A stretch of 31,706 nt of DNA from a virus (taxonomy: Duplodnaviria; Caudoviricetes): IMG/VR virus record IMGVR_UViG_3300030433_000923, positions 1 through 31,706 of that record; one strand, 5' to 3'. The translations under genes were made by a program, and so were the position numbers. Below, piece after piece: positions 19,400 to 26,759 of this stretch (positions are counted from its first letter, which is position 1; each line of letters starts with the position of its first letter). The notes under the pieces were generated by a model. The model made no database searches and was not told the origin of the DNA. It saw only the letters and a list, made by a program, of their open reading frames with translations.

Positions 19400-19445
19400 C
19401 TTGATCTTCTCTTTTCTTTGGGTTTCTTATATATTTTTTTTTCAT
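19374..19445 (-). CDS. Putative 23-aa basic micro-protein (not in the ORF track)
   Basis: MKKKYIRNPKKREDQDARSNVQK; ATG overlaps the upstream stop (TAATG). Confidence 0.45.
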   Translation of the reverse strand: MKKKYIRNPKKREDQDARSNVQK

Positions 19446-19690
19446 TATCTTGAACTTCTCGGTCCTAATGTGTTCTGACCTTGATCCTCTTCTGGAGTAC
19501 GACTAATAAATGCTGTCATTAAACCTTGCGCACCTCTTTTTCTTGATCGTTTACGAGCAGCTATTTCTCTTGATTGTCTTGCTTTTTCTTCTTCTGCTAG
19601 TTTTTCTCTACGAGCTATTGCATCGAGTTCTGCCTGACTCGGACCTGGTGGTGGTGCTGGTGCTTTTGGTCTTGAAAATATTCCGCCCAT
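19445..19690 (-). CDS. Small virion-associated protein upstream of the portal (T7 gp6.7/7.3 positional analog)
   Basis: MGGIFSRPKAPAPPP N-terminus, charged helix, TLG near the end; AAGGAG RBS. Confidence 0.65.
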   Translation of the reverse strand: MGGIFSRPKAPAPPPGPSQAELDAIARREKLAEEEKARQSREIAARKRSRKRGAQGLMTAFISRTPEEDQGQNTLGPRSSR

Positions 19691-19692
19691 GT

Positions 19693-20202
19693 CTACTCCT
19701 TTTTCGTTTTACCAAACAACCGACTCATCATAAAATAATCCGATTTGTCTGGACCATATTCTTTTAAAATACCTTCCTCCAGAAAGTAACATGCCAACGC
19801 CCATTTGTATGCTAGGTAATTATACCTACTCACATTTATCTGTAATCTATGAATATTTAGTTTCTTGGCAGCGTAGTTAAAAAATCTAAGACTTGCTTTA
19901 TGAAATTTAAATTTATGTTCGCCTATTTGCAAACATGGTATTAGCCATGCTTCGTACACACCCTCCCAGATGGGTAGCAAACCAAAGCAACAGACAATCT
20001 TTTTTCCCACCATACCAGAGAATGATAATCCTTGTATCGGATAGGTTTTGATCCGTTCTGAATAATCATGAAAACTTTCAAACAATTTTTTTTCTGCTTC
20101 TCGATAATCCATAAATTTTAAATGGGTGTAATGAAACGGAACAAGTTTGTTATGCTCTCCATCGAGTCGCAAAGCGTGATTTAGTTCTATGGTTGTAAAC
20201 AT
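19693..20202 (-). CDS. GNAT-fold acyltransferase-like protein
   Basis: FGLLPIWEGVYEAWL, IHRLQINV, F.EEGILKEYGPDKSDYFMMSR match phage GNAT-like proteins. Confidence 0.7.
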   Translation of the reverse strand: MFTTIELNHALRLDGEHNKLVPFHYTHLKFMDYREAEKKLFESFHDYSERIKTYPIQGLSFSGMVGKKIVCCFGLLPIWEGVYEAWLIPCLQIGEHKFKFHKASLRFFNYAAKKLNIHRLQINVSRYNYLAYKWALACYFLEEGILKEYGPDKSDYFMMSRLFGKTKKE

Positions 20203-21713
20203 CAGGCTAACGGATCAAAGTCTATCTTGGCTACCATTGGTTGTAACTGTCTGGACTTTCCTCTAGTCATAGTTCGATATTCAGAACCGAGTAAACAATA
20301 CTGAGCCGCATCGCCAATATGCGAATGTTCGTTTTTATTCGGTGTATCTTTAAAGCGTTCTTGCCCAGCACCGATTGCCACTCGTTTAAAATGATAACCA
20401 CCCGCTAGTGATTTTCTCAAGCGAACACATTTACGATCTATTCTAAAGCCTGGTTTACCATCAATCAATCTGGTCATCGGCATGGCGAGTGCTTCTCGTC
20501 TGGTTTTAAAATTATTAGTCGCACAGGGTTTAGCAATAATGCCATGTGTTTTTAAATGATCGAACGAAGTATCTTCATTCAAGGTTGATCTCTGGCTACC
20601 CGCTGGATCACCAAATACGACAATATCATGTTTAGGAAAAAATCGATTTATATCTTCTTTGAGTAAAATAGCAAAGCGTTCTAATCCCATATCGTAAGTT
20701 ACAATTTCATGAATGATTCTCCATACACCTTTATGATCTCGCTGACCGAACACTGCGGCTGGTGTTAAACCAAAATCTAGACCTATTTGTACAGGCACTC
20801 CATCTAAAATTTCACAATCTTCGGTCATGGTCGAATCATCAAACTCTGGTGTAACGGGTCTGCCTTCTTGAACGTAAGTGAACTTGCCCTCTGCATAACA
20901 ACGAATCCAATCGAGATTCTTTCCGCCTAATAATTGTTCGTAATAGCCAACGGGAAGATTATTTAAATTTTCTGCTTTTGGATTAGTTTGCCACCATTTA
21001 CCACCACCAAAAACAAATCCTTGAGCTTCAGGCATTTCTTTGGGAACGTCTTTCGCTTCAAATACGCCTGGCGGTTGTCTAAAAAATTTCCAGGCAAACT
21101 TTCCTCTCGGTGGTTCTTTCTCCGATAAACGATAAATGTAATGATCATCGTCAGGAGGGTTGGTATCTAAAATAACACCACGCCACGTTGGTCCGCCATC
21201 TTCTTTGCTTGGATATCGTCCGACTCTGTGAGTAGTTCCATCAATAACAGCTTTTGGCAATTCTCTACATTCGTTGATCCAAGCACCCGTAATTTCTAGT
21301 GATAATAATTTTCTTGTGTCTTTGGGTTGATCGAGTGCCAAAAATATAACTTCGCAATCTATACCCGCAGCTCCATCTCTGGAGGGAAGTTTGATGTGGT
21401 GTGTTATGGGTGGCGAATGATGAACAGGACCATAGATATGTTCTGGAAATAACTCAAGCCACGTTTTCAGCGTGGTGGTTTTTAACATCGGATATGAGTT
21501 TCTAACAATAACAAACCGAGTATATTTTATTCCATCTCTTGGACTTGGTTTTTGTTGTATCGCTCTTTTGAAAATTTCCGCAGCACAACTATAAGATTTC
21601 CCAGAACCGACAGGTCCGATCAGTCCCCTTACAAAGCTTTTGTCATTAAGAAACTTCCAGATCGTAGGCGATTTGCTAAAGTCAAGTTTTAATCCTGGTA
21701 TGTTAGTTGTCAT
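20202..21713 (-). CDS. terL: Terminase large subunit
   Basis: Walker A GPVGSGKS, Walker B AWINE, DTNPP coupling motif, nuclease IGLDFG, GDPAG, SHIGDA. Confidence 0.95.
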   Translation of the reverse strand: MTTNIPGLKLDFSKSPTIWKFLNDKSFVRGLIGPVGSGKSYSCAAEIFKRAIQQKPSPRDGIKYTRFVIVRNSYPMLKTTTLKTWLELFPEHIYGPVHHSPPITHHIKLPSRDGAAGIDCEVIFLALDQPKDTRKLLSLEITGAWINECRELPKAVIDGTTHRVGRYPSKEDGGPTWRGVILDTNPPDDDHYIYRLSEKEPPRGKFAWKFFRQPPGVFEAKDVPKEMPEAQGFVFGGGKWWQTNPKAENLNNLPVGYYEQLLGGKNLDWIRCYAEGKFTYVQEGRPVTPEFDDSTMTEDCEILDGVPVQIGLDFGLTPAAVFGQRDHKGVWRIIHEIVTYDMGLERFAILLKEDINRFFPKHDIVVFGDPAGSQRSTLNEDTSFDHLKTHGIIAKPCATNNFKTRREALAMPMTRLIDGKPGFRIDRKCVRLRKSLAGGYHFKRVAIGAGQERFKDTPNKNEHSHIGDAAQYCLLGSEYRTMTRGKSRQLQPMVAKIDFDPLA

Positions 21714-22107
21714 CTTTTGGTCCTACCATCTTAATATCAATCACCGCTGGTTTATCCGCATCTTGTTCTGCATCCAACAAACCAGCCGACTTTGCTAACA
21801 TCTGCAACACTCTCACCTTATCAATCATCTCAATATCTAACGTGCCATCTTGTAAAATACGAATCCTCTTGATCGCACCCAACGCTGACTTCGGTATATC
21901 CTTTATGTCCTTGACCTCAGTAATCGTCTTGCCTTCTTCGTCCTTATCCCAAGATACAATGTCCGTAATATTCGCAGTACCCAAATTAATCAGCTCTTGC
22001 GCTAACGCTTCTCGATTCTGATAAATAACTTCACTACCCTTGATCCTTCGTTTAATCTGACGAACAGAAGCAAAGTTCTTGAGATTAGGAAGAACACGTT
22101 TCACCAT
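21703..22107 (-). CDS. terS: Terminase small subunit
   Basis: 134 aa upstream of TerL; LGTANITDIVSWD...AIKRI...IEMIDKVRVLQMLAK pattern. Confidence 0.75.
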   Translation of the reverse strand: MVKRVLPNLKNFASVRQIKRRIKGSEVIYQNREALAQELINLGTANITDIVSWDKDEEGKTITEVKDIKDIPKSALGAIKRIRILQDGTLDIEMIDKVRVLQMLAKSAGLLDAEQDADKPAVIDIKMVGPKDDN

Positions 22108-22359
22108 TTAGTAATCCATATCACTCGGAAACCTCTGCGAGTTTGGCGAAGGTTGTTCATTCGTATTTTCTCTCGGTTTAAGTAACATCGCTCTCGTTAC
22201 TAACTGCCCCCGATCGTTCATCTCAGGTAAGGGAAGGGAGTTAAATAGCAAATCCCAGCCACCCGTTTTCTCATTTTTAAAAGCAGTACCAATCGTATGC
22301 CAAATAGTTTTCCCGTCCTTACCATTGCGAGGACAAGTGATATTCATTTTTTCTTTCAT
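22108..22359 (-). CDS. Small putative ssDNA-binding protein
   Basis: KDGKTIWHTIGTAF...LLFNSLP core with disordered tail ending acidic-aromatic (SDMDY); AGGAG RBS. Confidence 0.5.
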   Translation of the reverse strand: MKEKMNITCPRNGKDGKTIWHTIGTAFKNEKTGGWDLLFNSLPLPEMNDRGQLVTRAMLLKPRENTNEQPSPNSQRFPSDMDY

Positions 22360-22381
22360 AAAAGCTCCTGGTTAAAAGTTG

Positions 22382-22526
22382 AAAAATATTTTTGTGGGAT
22401 ACCCCTACTACTATACGCACCCCCACCCCCCACTATACGCACTGCTAGGCAAACACTTTTTTTTTCTAGCGTAGAGTCAGCGTAATGCATATAATTTTTT
22501 TTTGCATTTCTAGAGTCAAGTCTAGG
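22382..22526. repeat. Non-coding repeat-rich element upstream of the packaging genes (candidate pac/terminus or late control site)
   Basis: ACTATACGCAC at 22410-22420 and 22432-22442 flanking CCCCACCCCCC; palindrome AAAAATATTTTT; two T9 tracts each followed by TAGAGTCA. Confidence 0.5.
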
Positions 22527-22540
22527 TTTGCTAAATTTAT

Positions 22541-23452
22541 TCATCTCTTCATCCTCTTCAGTTTCTTTGCAAGGTCTTTGACAATATCCATCGATGTTCC
22601 CTCCTTCTCATCTAACATACTCAGTACCAACGCTAAAGGATAAGTGGGCAGCTTCTGTTTCTTATTCTGAAACTTCAATAACACTCTTTTAATTGTTTCC
22701 ATGAGAATCTTACTTGGTATTTTGTAGGACATGATCTTGGTCATTTGTTCCCAATCTTTTCTATCTGGGCTGAATTGAGATTGATAGATTTCATAATGTA
22801 CTTCCTTGAATAACTTCATCAGTTCCATTTCATTTACTTCATTTGACATAGAGCTATATTTATTATTATTAACTGAGTCTAGTTCTATTAGTCTAGATTT
22901 AGTTGTCTTTATAACAACATTTGTGTTGTCCTTAGAACAACTTCTTTCATCTTTTTTCATGTGTTTCTCCAGGTGTTTTATTGTTTCATTTTGTTCTATT
23001 ACTTGTCGATTAGGATCATTGTTGAGAGCGTTTGATTTCACCTCATTATCGGATGCTAATGGATCATATAATATTCTATAGATAGATGATTTATGTTTGA
23101 CATTTTGATAGAGTGGTGATCCTTTGCGCAGTCGTTTGATGTATCCCCAATCCATGAGTTTATTAATAGCTTTTGAGATATTCCCTTTATTGCTTTGTGT
23201 TTGTCTGGCGATGTACTCGTAGGTCGGAAAACAGACTCCTGTATAATTATCTGCACAAGAACACAATACGGATAACACCAGGTATGTTTGGGGATGACGA
23301 CAGATACGTTTATCGTTCAATGCTCGTCTGGGAACAACTGTGAATGGTCCTCCTTGATAGATAGATACTACGTCATGCTTTCCGTTACTGAGAATCTTTC
23401 TTCTTCTTTTTTCTTCGTAATCTGTTGGTTTATTCATGGCGAGGTTAGACAT
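22541..23452 (-). CDS. Replication initiator protein with N-terminal winged HTH (HTH_36-like)
   Basis: FTVVPRRALND...LCSCADNYTGVCFPTYEYIA....ISKAINKLMDWGYI; iteron-like repeats in the central linker. Confidence 0.75.
   Translation of the reverse strand: MSNLAMNKPTDYEEKRRRKILSNGKHDVVSIYQGGPFTVVPRRALNDKRICRHPQTYLVLSVLCSCADNYTGVCFPTYEYIARQTQSNKGNISKAINKLMDWGYIKRLRKGSPLYQNVKHKSSIYRILYDPLASDNEVKSNALNNDPNRQVIEQNETIKHLEKHMKKDERSCSKDNTNVVIKTTKSRLIELDSVNNNKYSSMSNEVNEMELMKLFKEVHYEIYQSQFSPDRKDWEQMTKIMSYKIPSKILMETIKRVLLKFQNKKQKLPTYPLALVLSMLDEKEGTSMDIVKDLAKKLKRMKR
22855..22941. promoter_or_regulatory. Putative replication origin inside the initiator gene
   Basis: GTTGT-N7-ACAAC at 22902-22918 and 22925-22941, AGTCTAG twice, then an AT-only stretch at 22855-22872. 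Confidence 0.6.
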
Positions 23453-23675
23453 AATCCGATTCTTTAAGTTCTTTGGTTGCTATTGCTTCGTAGCTTTTGA
23501 CATGATCGTTGATGAGTTGTTGTAACAATCCACCATAGCTCAGACAAGCAAATTCTTTTTTAAGATATCTTTTTTGTATTTGTTTGATGTTTAACTTTTG
23601 ATCATGCATACACCAATATAAAAACTCCACAGCTTCGGTAGCTAATAATTGATAGGTTTCACTATTTCTATTCAT
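23445..23675 (-). CDS. Hypothetical protein
   Basis: 76 aa, overlaps both neighbours by 8 bp in operon fashion. Confidence 0.65.
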   Translation of the reverse strand: MNRNSETYQLLATEAVEFLYWCMHDQKLNIKQIQKRYLKKEFACLSYGGLLQQLINDHVKSYEAIATKELKESDYV

Positions 23676-23970
23676 GATGTTTCTCTGTATCGCAAGGAAG
23701 TTCTCCAGAGTAGTTATGTATATGTCGCACCTCTTTTGTTGCCTGACGACTCTTATATTCCGTTCTAGAGGGTATTTGTTTTACATTCTTGAGTGATTTC
23801 TCTGCACATTCAGGACAGATAAAACAAACCGAGTGAATATTTATATTACGTTCTTGACAGAATTGTTCGTAACATTCCTTATCGCATTCGTAATCTACTT
23901 CTTTACAGATGTGGCAATGCACAAATTGTTTTGGAAACATAATGACTTTACCCATGTGATCGTCCTTCAT
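23668..23970 (-). CDS. Cys-rich putative zinc-binding protein
   Basis: CHIC, CDKEC, CFICPEC motifs. Confidence 0.6.
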   Translation of the reverse strand: MKDDHMGKVIMFPKQFVHCHICKEVDYECDKECYEQFCQERNINIHSVCFICPECAEKSLKNVKQIPSRTEYKSRQATKEVRHIHNYSGELPCDTEKHHE

Positions 23971-24097
23971 TATGACATTGATCGCAGATAACTCTATGAT
24001 TGGAAGAGGGGATCATGCGAAGTTCACTAAGTATTTGGTCTTTTGTTTCATAATATTTCTTGTGTTTACACACTGTGCATTGAATATAATGTTTCAT
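23948..24097 (-). CDS. 49-aa zinc-ribbon protein (not in the ORF track)
   Basis: MKHYIQCTVCKHKKYYETKDQILSELRMIPSSNHRVICDQCHNEGRSHG; two CxxC motifs; ATGA overlap with the upstream gene. Confidence 0.7.
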   Translation of the reverse strand: MKHYIQCTVCKHKKYYETKDQILSELRMIPSSNHRVICDQCHNEGRSHG

Positions 24098-24399
24098 ATT
24101 TCTTTAATCGTTACGTTGTATTGAGCTTCGGTAAGTTTCTTTTTGAGTTTATAGACTTGTGTTCTAAATCCTTTTACATCTTCGTAGACTACTTCTCCGT
24201 CCTGTTTGTAGGCAAAGTCCGCCTTGTAATTACAGATAAATTTATTATTGATTGTGATTTTAAAGTTGGGTTGCAGCTCCAGGTCGGATATGATTTTAGA
24301 TTTATTAAGCAAACATAACTCTCGGTAGCGGTTCGCTTCTTTCTTTGAGTGAAACCGAATGTTATCGATTGTAGTAACGATATTCTTATACTTACTCAT
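24094..24399 (-). CDS. DUF1064-family PD-(D/E)xK endonuclease
   Basis: SKYKN....DNIRFHSKKEANRY, LELQPNF, YKADFAY, EDVKG..T.VYKLKKKL; start placed at MSKY. Confidence 0.88.
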   Translation of the reverse strand: MSKYKNIVTTIDNIRFHSKKEANRYRELCLLNKSKIISDLELQPNFKITINNKFICNYKADFAYKQDGEVVYEDVKGFRTQVYKLKKKLTEAQYNVTIKEI

Positions 24400-24532
24400 T
24401 CTTTTTCTCATAGATCTGATAGTGATATCTGTATTCCAAAGGCACTAAAATTTCTTTTCCCTTATGATCTTTTATGGGTACGCCATGCTCATCCACAATT
24501 ATTCCTTGATCATTTATAATTTGCTTCATCAT
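24392..24532 (-). CDS. 46-aa hypothetical protein (not in the ORF track)
   Basis: MMKQIINDQGIIVDEHGVPIKDHKGKEILVPLEYRYHYQIYEKKNE; ATGA overlap upstream; fills the gap. Confidence 0.65.
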   Translation of the reverse strand: MMKQIINDQGIIVDEHGVPIKDHKGKEILVPLEYRYHYQIYEKKNE

Positions 24533-24747
24533 ATATCCCCTCTGGGTCGTCCAAACAGATCGTATTTATGGCGATAATCCATGAAGGTATCGCACTTAAC
24601 TGCGATTAATTTTTCTTCCTTGTCCTCGAACTCTTTGTACAATTTTTCTACTACTGCTTCACAATCATTGAACGATCTGCTCAATCGTTTGTGATATAAC
24701 CGACCATGCAATTCCACCCAAAAGGTTATAATGAATGGTTCGATCAT
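24529..24747 (-). CDS. Hypothetical protein
   Basis: 72 aa; ATGA overlaps at both ends. Confidence 0.65.
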   Translation of the reverse strand: MIEPFIITFWVELHGRLYHKRLSRSFNDCEAVVEKLYKEFEDKEEKLIAVKCDTFMDYRHKYDLFGRPRGDI

Positions 24748-24902
24748 TGACCTATAACTTTCTTGAGTACATTCGAGGTTTTTATTCCCTCGCTGACAAA
24801 GTGATCGACAAGTCTGTTCATCGATATTCTCTGTGTCTTTGATTGGTGTTTTAGTTTTTCGTACGTCTTTTCATCAATACGAATGTTAAGTTGTCGCATC
24901 AT
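24744..24902 (-). CDS. Ribbon-helix-helix (Arc-like) DNA-binding regulator, 52 aa (not in the ORF track)
   Basis: MMRQLNIRIDEKTYEKLKHQSKTQRISMNRLVDHFVSEGI..: alternating beta-strand QLNIRI, helix, ISMN turn, helix. Confidence 0.8.
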   Translation of the reverse strand: MMRQLNIRIDEKTYEKLKHQSKTQRISMNRLVDHFVSEGIKTSNVLKKVIGQ

Positions 24903-25090
24903 TTACACTCCTGTTTGAAGGCGGTGTAGCCAAATAATGTGATAGCGGGTCGATCAATGACAGGCGATATGCCCTTCCATTTAAATTCACATTCATACTT
25001 TTTATTGTTCTCGATTGTCGCATTGATAAACTTTAGATTGTCTGGGTTGGCTATGTTAAGTGCCAAGATTATTGTAAATATATATTCCAT
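24899..25090 (-). CDS. Small hypothetical protein with hydrophobic N-terminus
   Basis: 63 aa, first gene of the leftward operon; AAGGAG RBS; YIFTIILALNIA; two Cys. Confidence 0.65.
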   Translation of the reverse strand: MEYIFTIILALNIANPDNLKFINATIENNKKYECEFKWKGISPVIDRPAITLFGYTAFKQECK

Positions 25091-25106
25091 TGCTTTTTCT
25101 CCTTAC

Positions 25107-25209
25107 CAAAAGGGAGAATCAGATCTCGTGGCTGAACCAATTCTCCCTATATTTCCACCAATAAAAGGTAGGCATAACAGGAAACATGAAAAATGTTACA
25201 TCTACCCTA
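25107..25209 (-). ncRNA. Candidate two-hairpin regulatory RNA / leader of the leftward operon
   Basis: Hairpin at 25167-25206 (G-U pairs favour the minus strand) with loop UUUUUCAUGUUUCC; hairpin at 25111-25148 (AGGGAGAAU/AUUCUCCCU) followed by a short U run. Confidence 0.5.
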
Positions 25210-25238
25210 TTGACAACTATATAGCATAATACTATAAA
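25210..25238 (+). promoter_or_regulatory. Sigma70-type promoter of the rightward operon
   Basis: TTGACA (25210-25215), 17 bp spacer, TATAAA (25233-25238). Confidence 0.8.
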
Positions 25239-25296
25239 TAAGATACTAGGTATTTTTACCTAATGGCAATGAAGCCAAAAGAAAGGAAACATAACA

Positions 25297-26016
25297 ATGG
25301 AATATAAATATGGATTACTAGCAATTAGTGGTGATTGTGCAAAAGGGGGTATGGGAGATACATCCGATTGTATAATTATAAGTGGTACAAAAAACAATGA
25401 CTTGATTAGAAATTATTTAGAAGCTCATCAACAGGTTCATATTCTTTCTACTCTTTATAACCGAAATCCTGGTGATCAAAATGATAAAGAATTTACTGAT
25501 GCTATTCTAAAAGAGAATGATTTAGGTAACAAAATGATAGATGCTGGTGTGTTCAAACATAAATGGCATAAAAGAACTGATTGGATATTAGTTGAATTAG
25601 ACGATGATAATCGGTATCCAATAAATATCAACAAAAAGGATGTAAACGTAATTAATGATTCAAAAAAAACAGGTCCAAAGAAAATGAAAGTTTATAGTAA
25701 CGATGAGAAATCTGTTACTGTTTACAAGAAAAAAGACCTAGAAGAAGTAAGAGAATACTTAGAGTTAGCTCATCTTAAATGGCATGACGAGTGGAAAAGA
25801 CAGGGTGGTAAAGATGAAGGAACTTGTACAGGCGGTAAAGGTTTACAAGTTTGGTATGTAGCTCCTAAATGTAGAACACCAAAACAAAGAACAATTATTC
25901 CATGTAATTGGGTACAAGGTAACATATCTGCACAAAAATCAGTACAAGTAGCATTGGATTTCCTTAAAGAACAAGGTATTGAAGATGTTTCTTATTACGA
26001 TGGTTGGATGAACTAA
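25297..26016 (+). CDS. Hypothetical early protein, possibly two domains
   Basis: 239 aa ORF with GAAAGGA RBS directly downstream of the promoter; no family recognised. Confidence 0.75.
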   Translation: MEYKYGLLAISGDCAKGGMGDTSDCIIISGTKNNDLIRNYLEAHQQVHILSTLYNRNPGDQNDKEFTDAILKENDLGNKMIDAGVFKHKWHKRTDWILVELDDDNRYPININKKDVNVINDSKKTGPKKMKVYSNDEKSVTVYKKKDLEEVREYLELAHLKWHDEWKRQGGKDEGTCTGGKGLQVWYVAPKCRTPKQRTIIPCNWVQGNISAQKSVQVALDFLKEQGIEDVSYYDGWMN

Positions 26017-26040
26017 TTTTAATAAATGAAAGGAAACATA

Positions 26041-26751
26041 ATGATAGTAGCATACATAAGATTAAGTAATGACCAATCAGATATTGATAGACAAAAGTTT
26101 ATCATCAATGATTACATCAATCGTAATAACATTACAGACAACGTGGAGTTTGTAGAGGAGATAGGTACTTCAGGTGGAGTGCCTATTCTTGACAGACCGA
26201 AACTAGGTTCTGTTCTTAAAACTGCACCAAAAGGCACAACGATTCTAGCTGCTGACTTGTCCAGGTTAGGTCGTCTAGACTATGACATGATGAAGTTTAG
26301 AGATAATAAAAATTTTAATTTAGTGGTGTGTAATAATCCAGAGATAACTAAAGATAAAAATAGAGTTATGTTTGGTGTCAATGCGATTTTTTCTGACCAA
26401 TACAGAAGAGATTTATCTGTCAAGCAAAAAGAAAAATGTTTAGAGATGAAAACTTCTATTGCTGAAAAAGGTTATTACATTACTAAATCCACAAATCGTA
26501 AGATGACGAAACTCGGTGTGCATAACTCTATGGATAAAGCAAGAGCAAAAGCAACCGAAGCTCTGAAACAAAAGGCTATAAATAATTTATCCAAAGTTCA
26601 GATTCATCTTAACGATGCAAAGAATCATTCCAAGTCCTTACTTGGCATGGCTAATTATCTAAATGTTCGTAACATAAAAACTGCGAGGGGTTGTAGTTGG
26701 AGTGCTTCCACAGTTAAGAGAGCTTTAGATAGAATATCAACACTTCACTAG
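26041..26751 (+). CDS. Serine recombinase (resolvase catalytic domain plus short C-terminal recombinase-type DNA-binding segment)
   Basis: AYIRLS (catalytic Ser), RQ, SG....DRPKL, DLSRLGR; C-terminal SLLGMANYLN..NIKTARG.SWSASTVKRAL; start at MIVAY after GAAAGGA. Confidence 0.9.
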   Translation: MIVAYIRLSNDQSDIDRQKFIINDYINRNNITDNVEFVEEIGTSGGVPILDRPKLGSVLKTAPKGTTILAADLSRLGRLDYDMMKFRDNKNFNLVVCNNPEITKDKNRVMFGVNAIFSDQYRRDLSVKQKEKCLEMKTSIAEKGYYITKSTNRKMTKLGVHNSMDKARAKATEALKQKAINNLSKVQIHLNDAKNHSKSLLGMANYLNVRNIKTARGCSWSASTVKRALDRISTLH

Positions 26752-26759
26752 GAGATAAT

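Noticed and set aside
22356-22544. 62-aa minus-strand ORF (and 22297-22485 on plus)
   Set aside because: Runs through homopolymer and repeat tracts; better explained as a cis element, though its ATGA overlaps mean it cannot be fully excluded
1064-24318. Numerous plus-strand ORFs in the track (e.g. 5427-5852, 6876-7391, 16449-16886, 21707-22021)
   Set aside because: Antisense shadows of well-supported minus-strand genes; no RBS or recognisable motifs
25111-25148. tRNA or tRNA-derived attP (GGTTCA T-loop-like sequence on the minus strand)
   Set aside because: No cloverleaf, wrong loop size and no CCA acceptor context
24939-25229. 96-aa plus-strand ORF and the mini-ORF MKNVTSTLLTTI at 25186
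   Set aside because: Upstream of or overlapping the rightward promoter, the longer one antisense to a real gene; SD-ATG spacing too short for the mini-ORF
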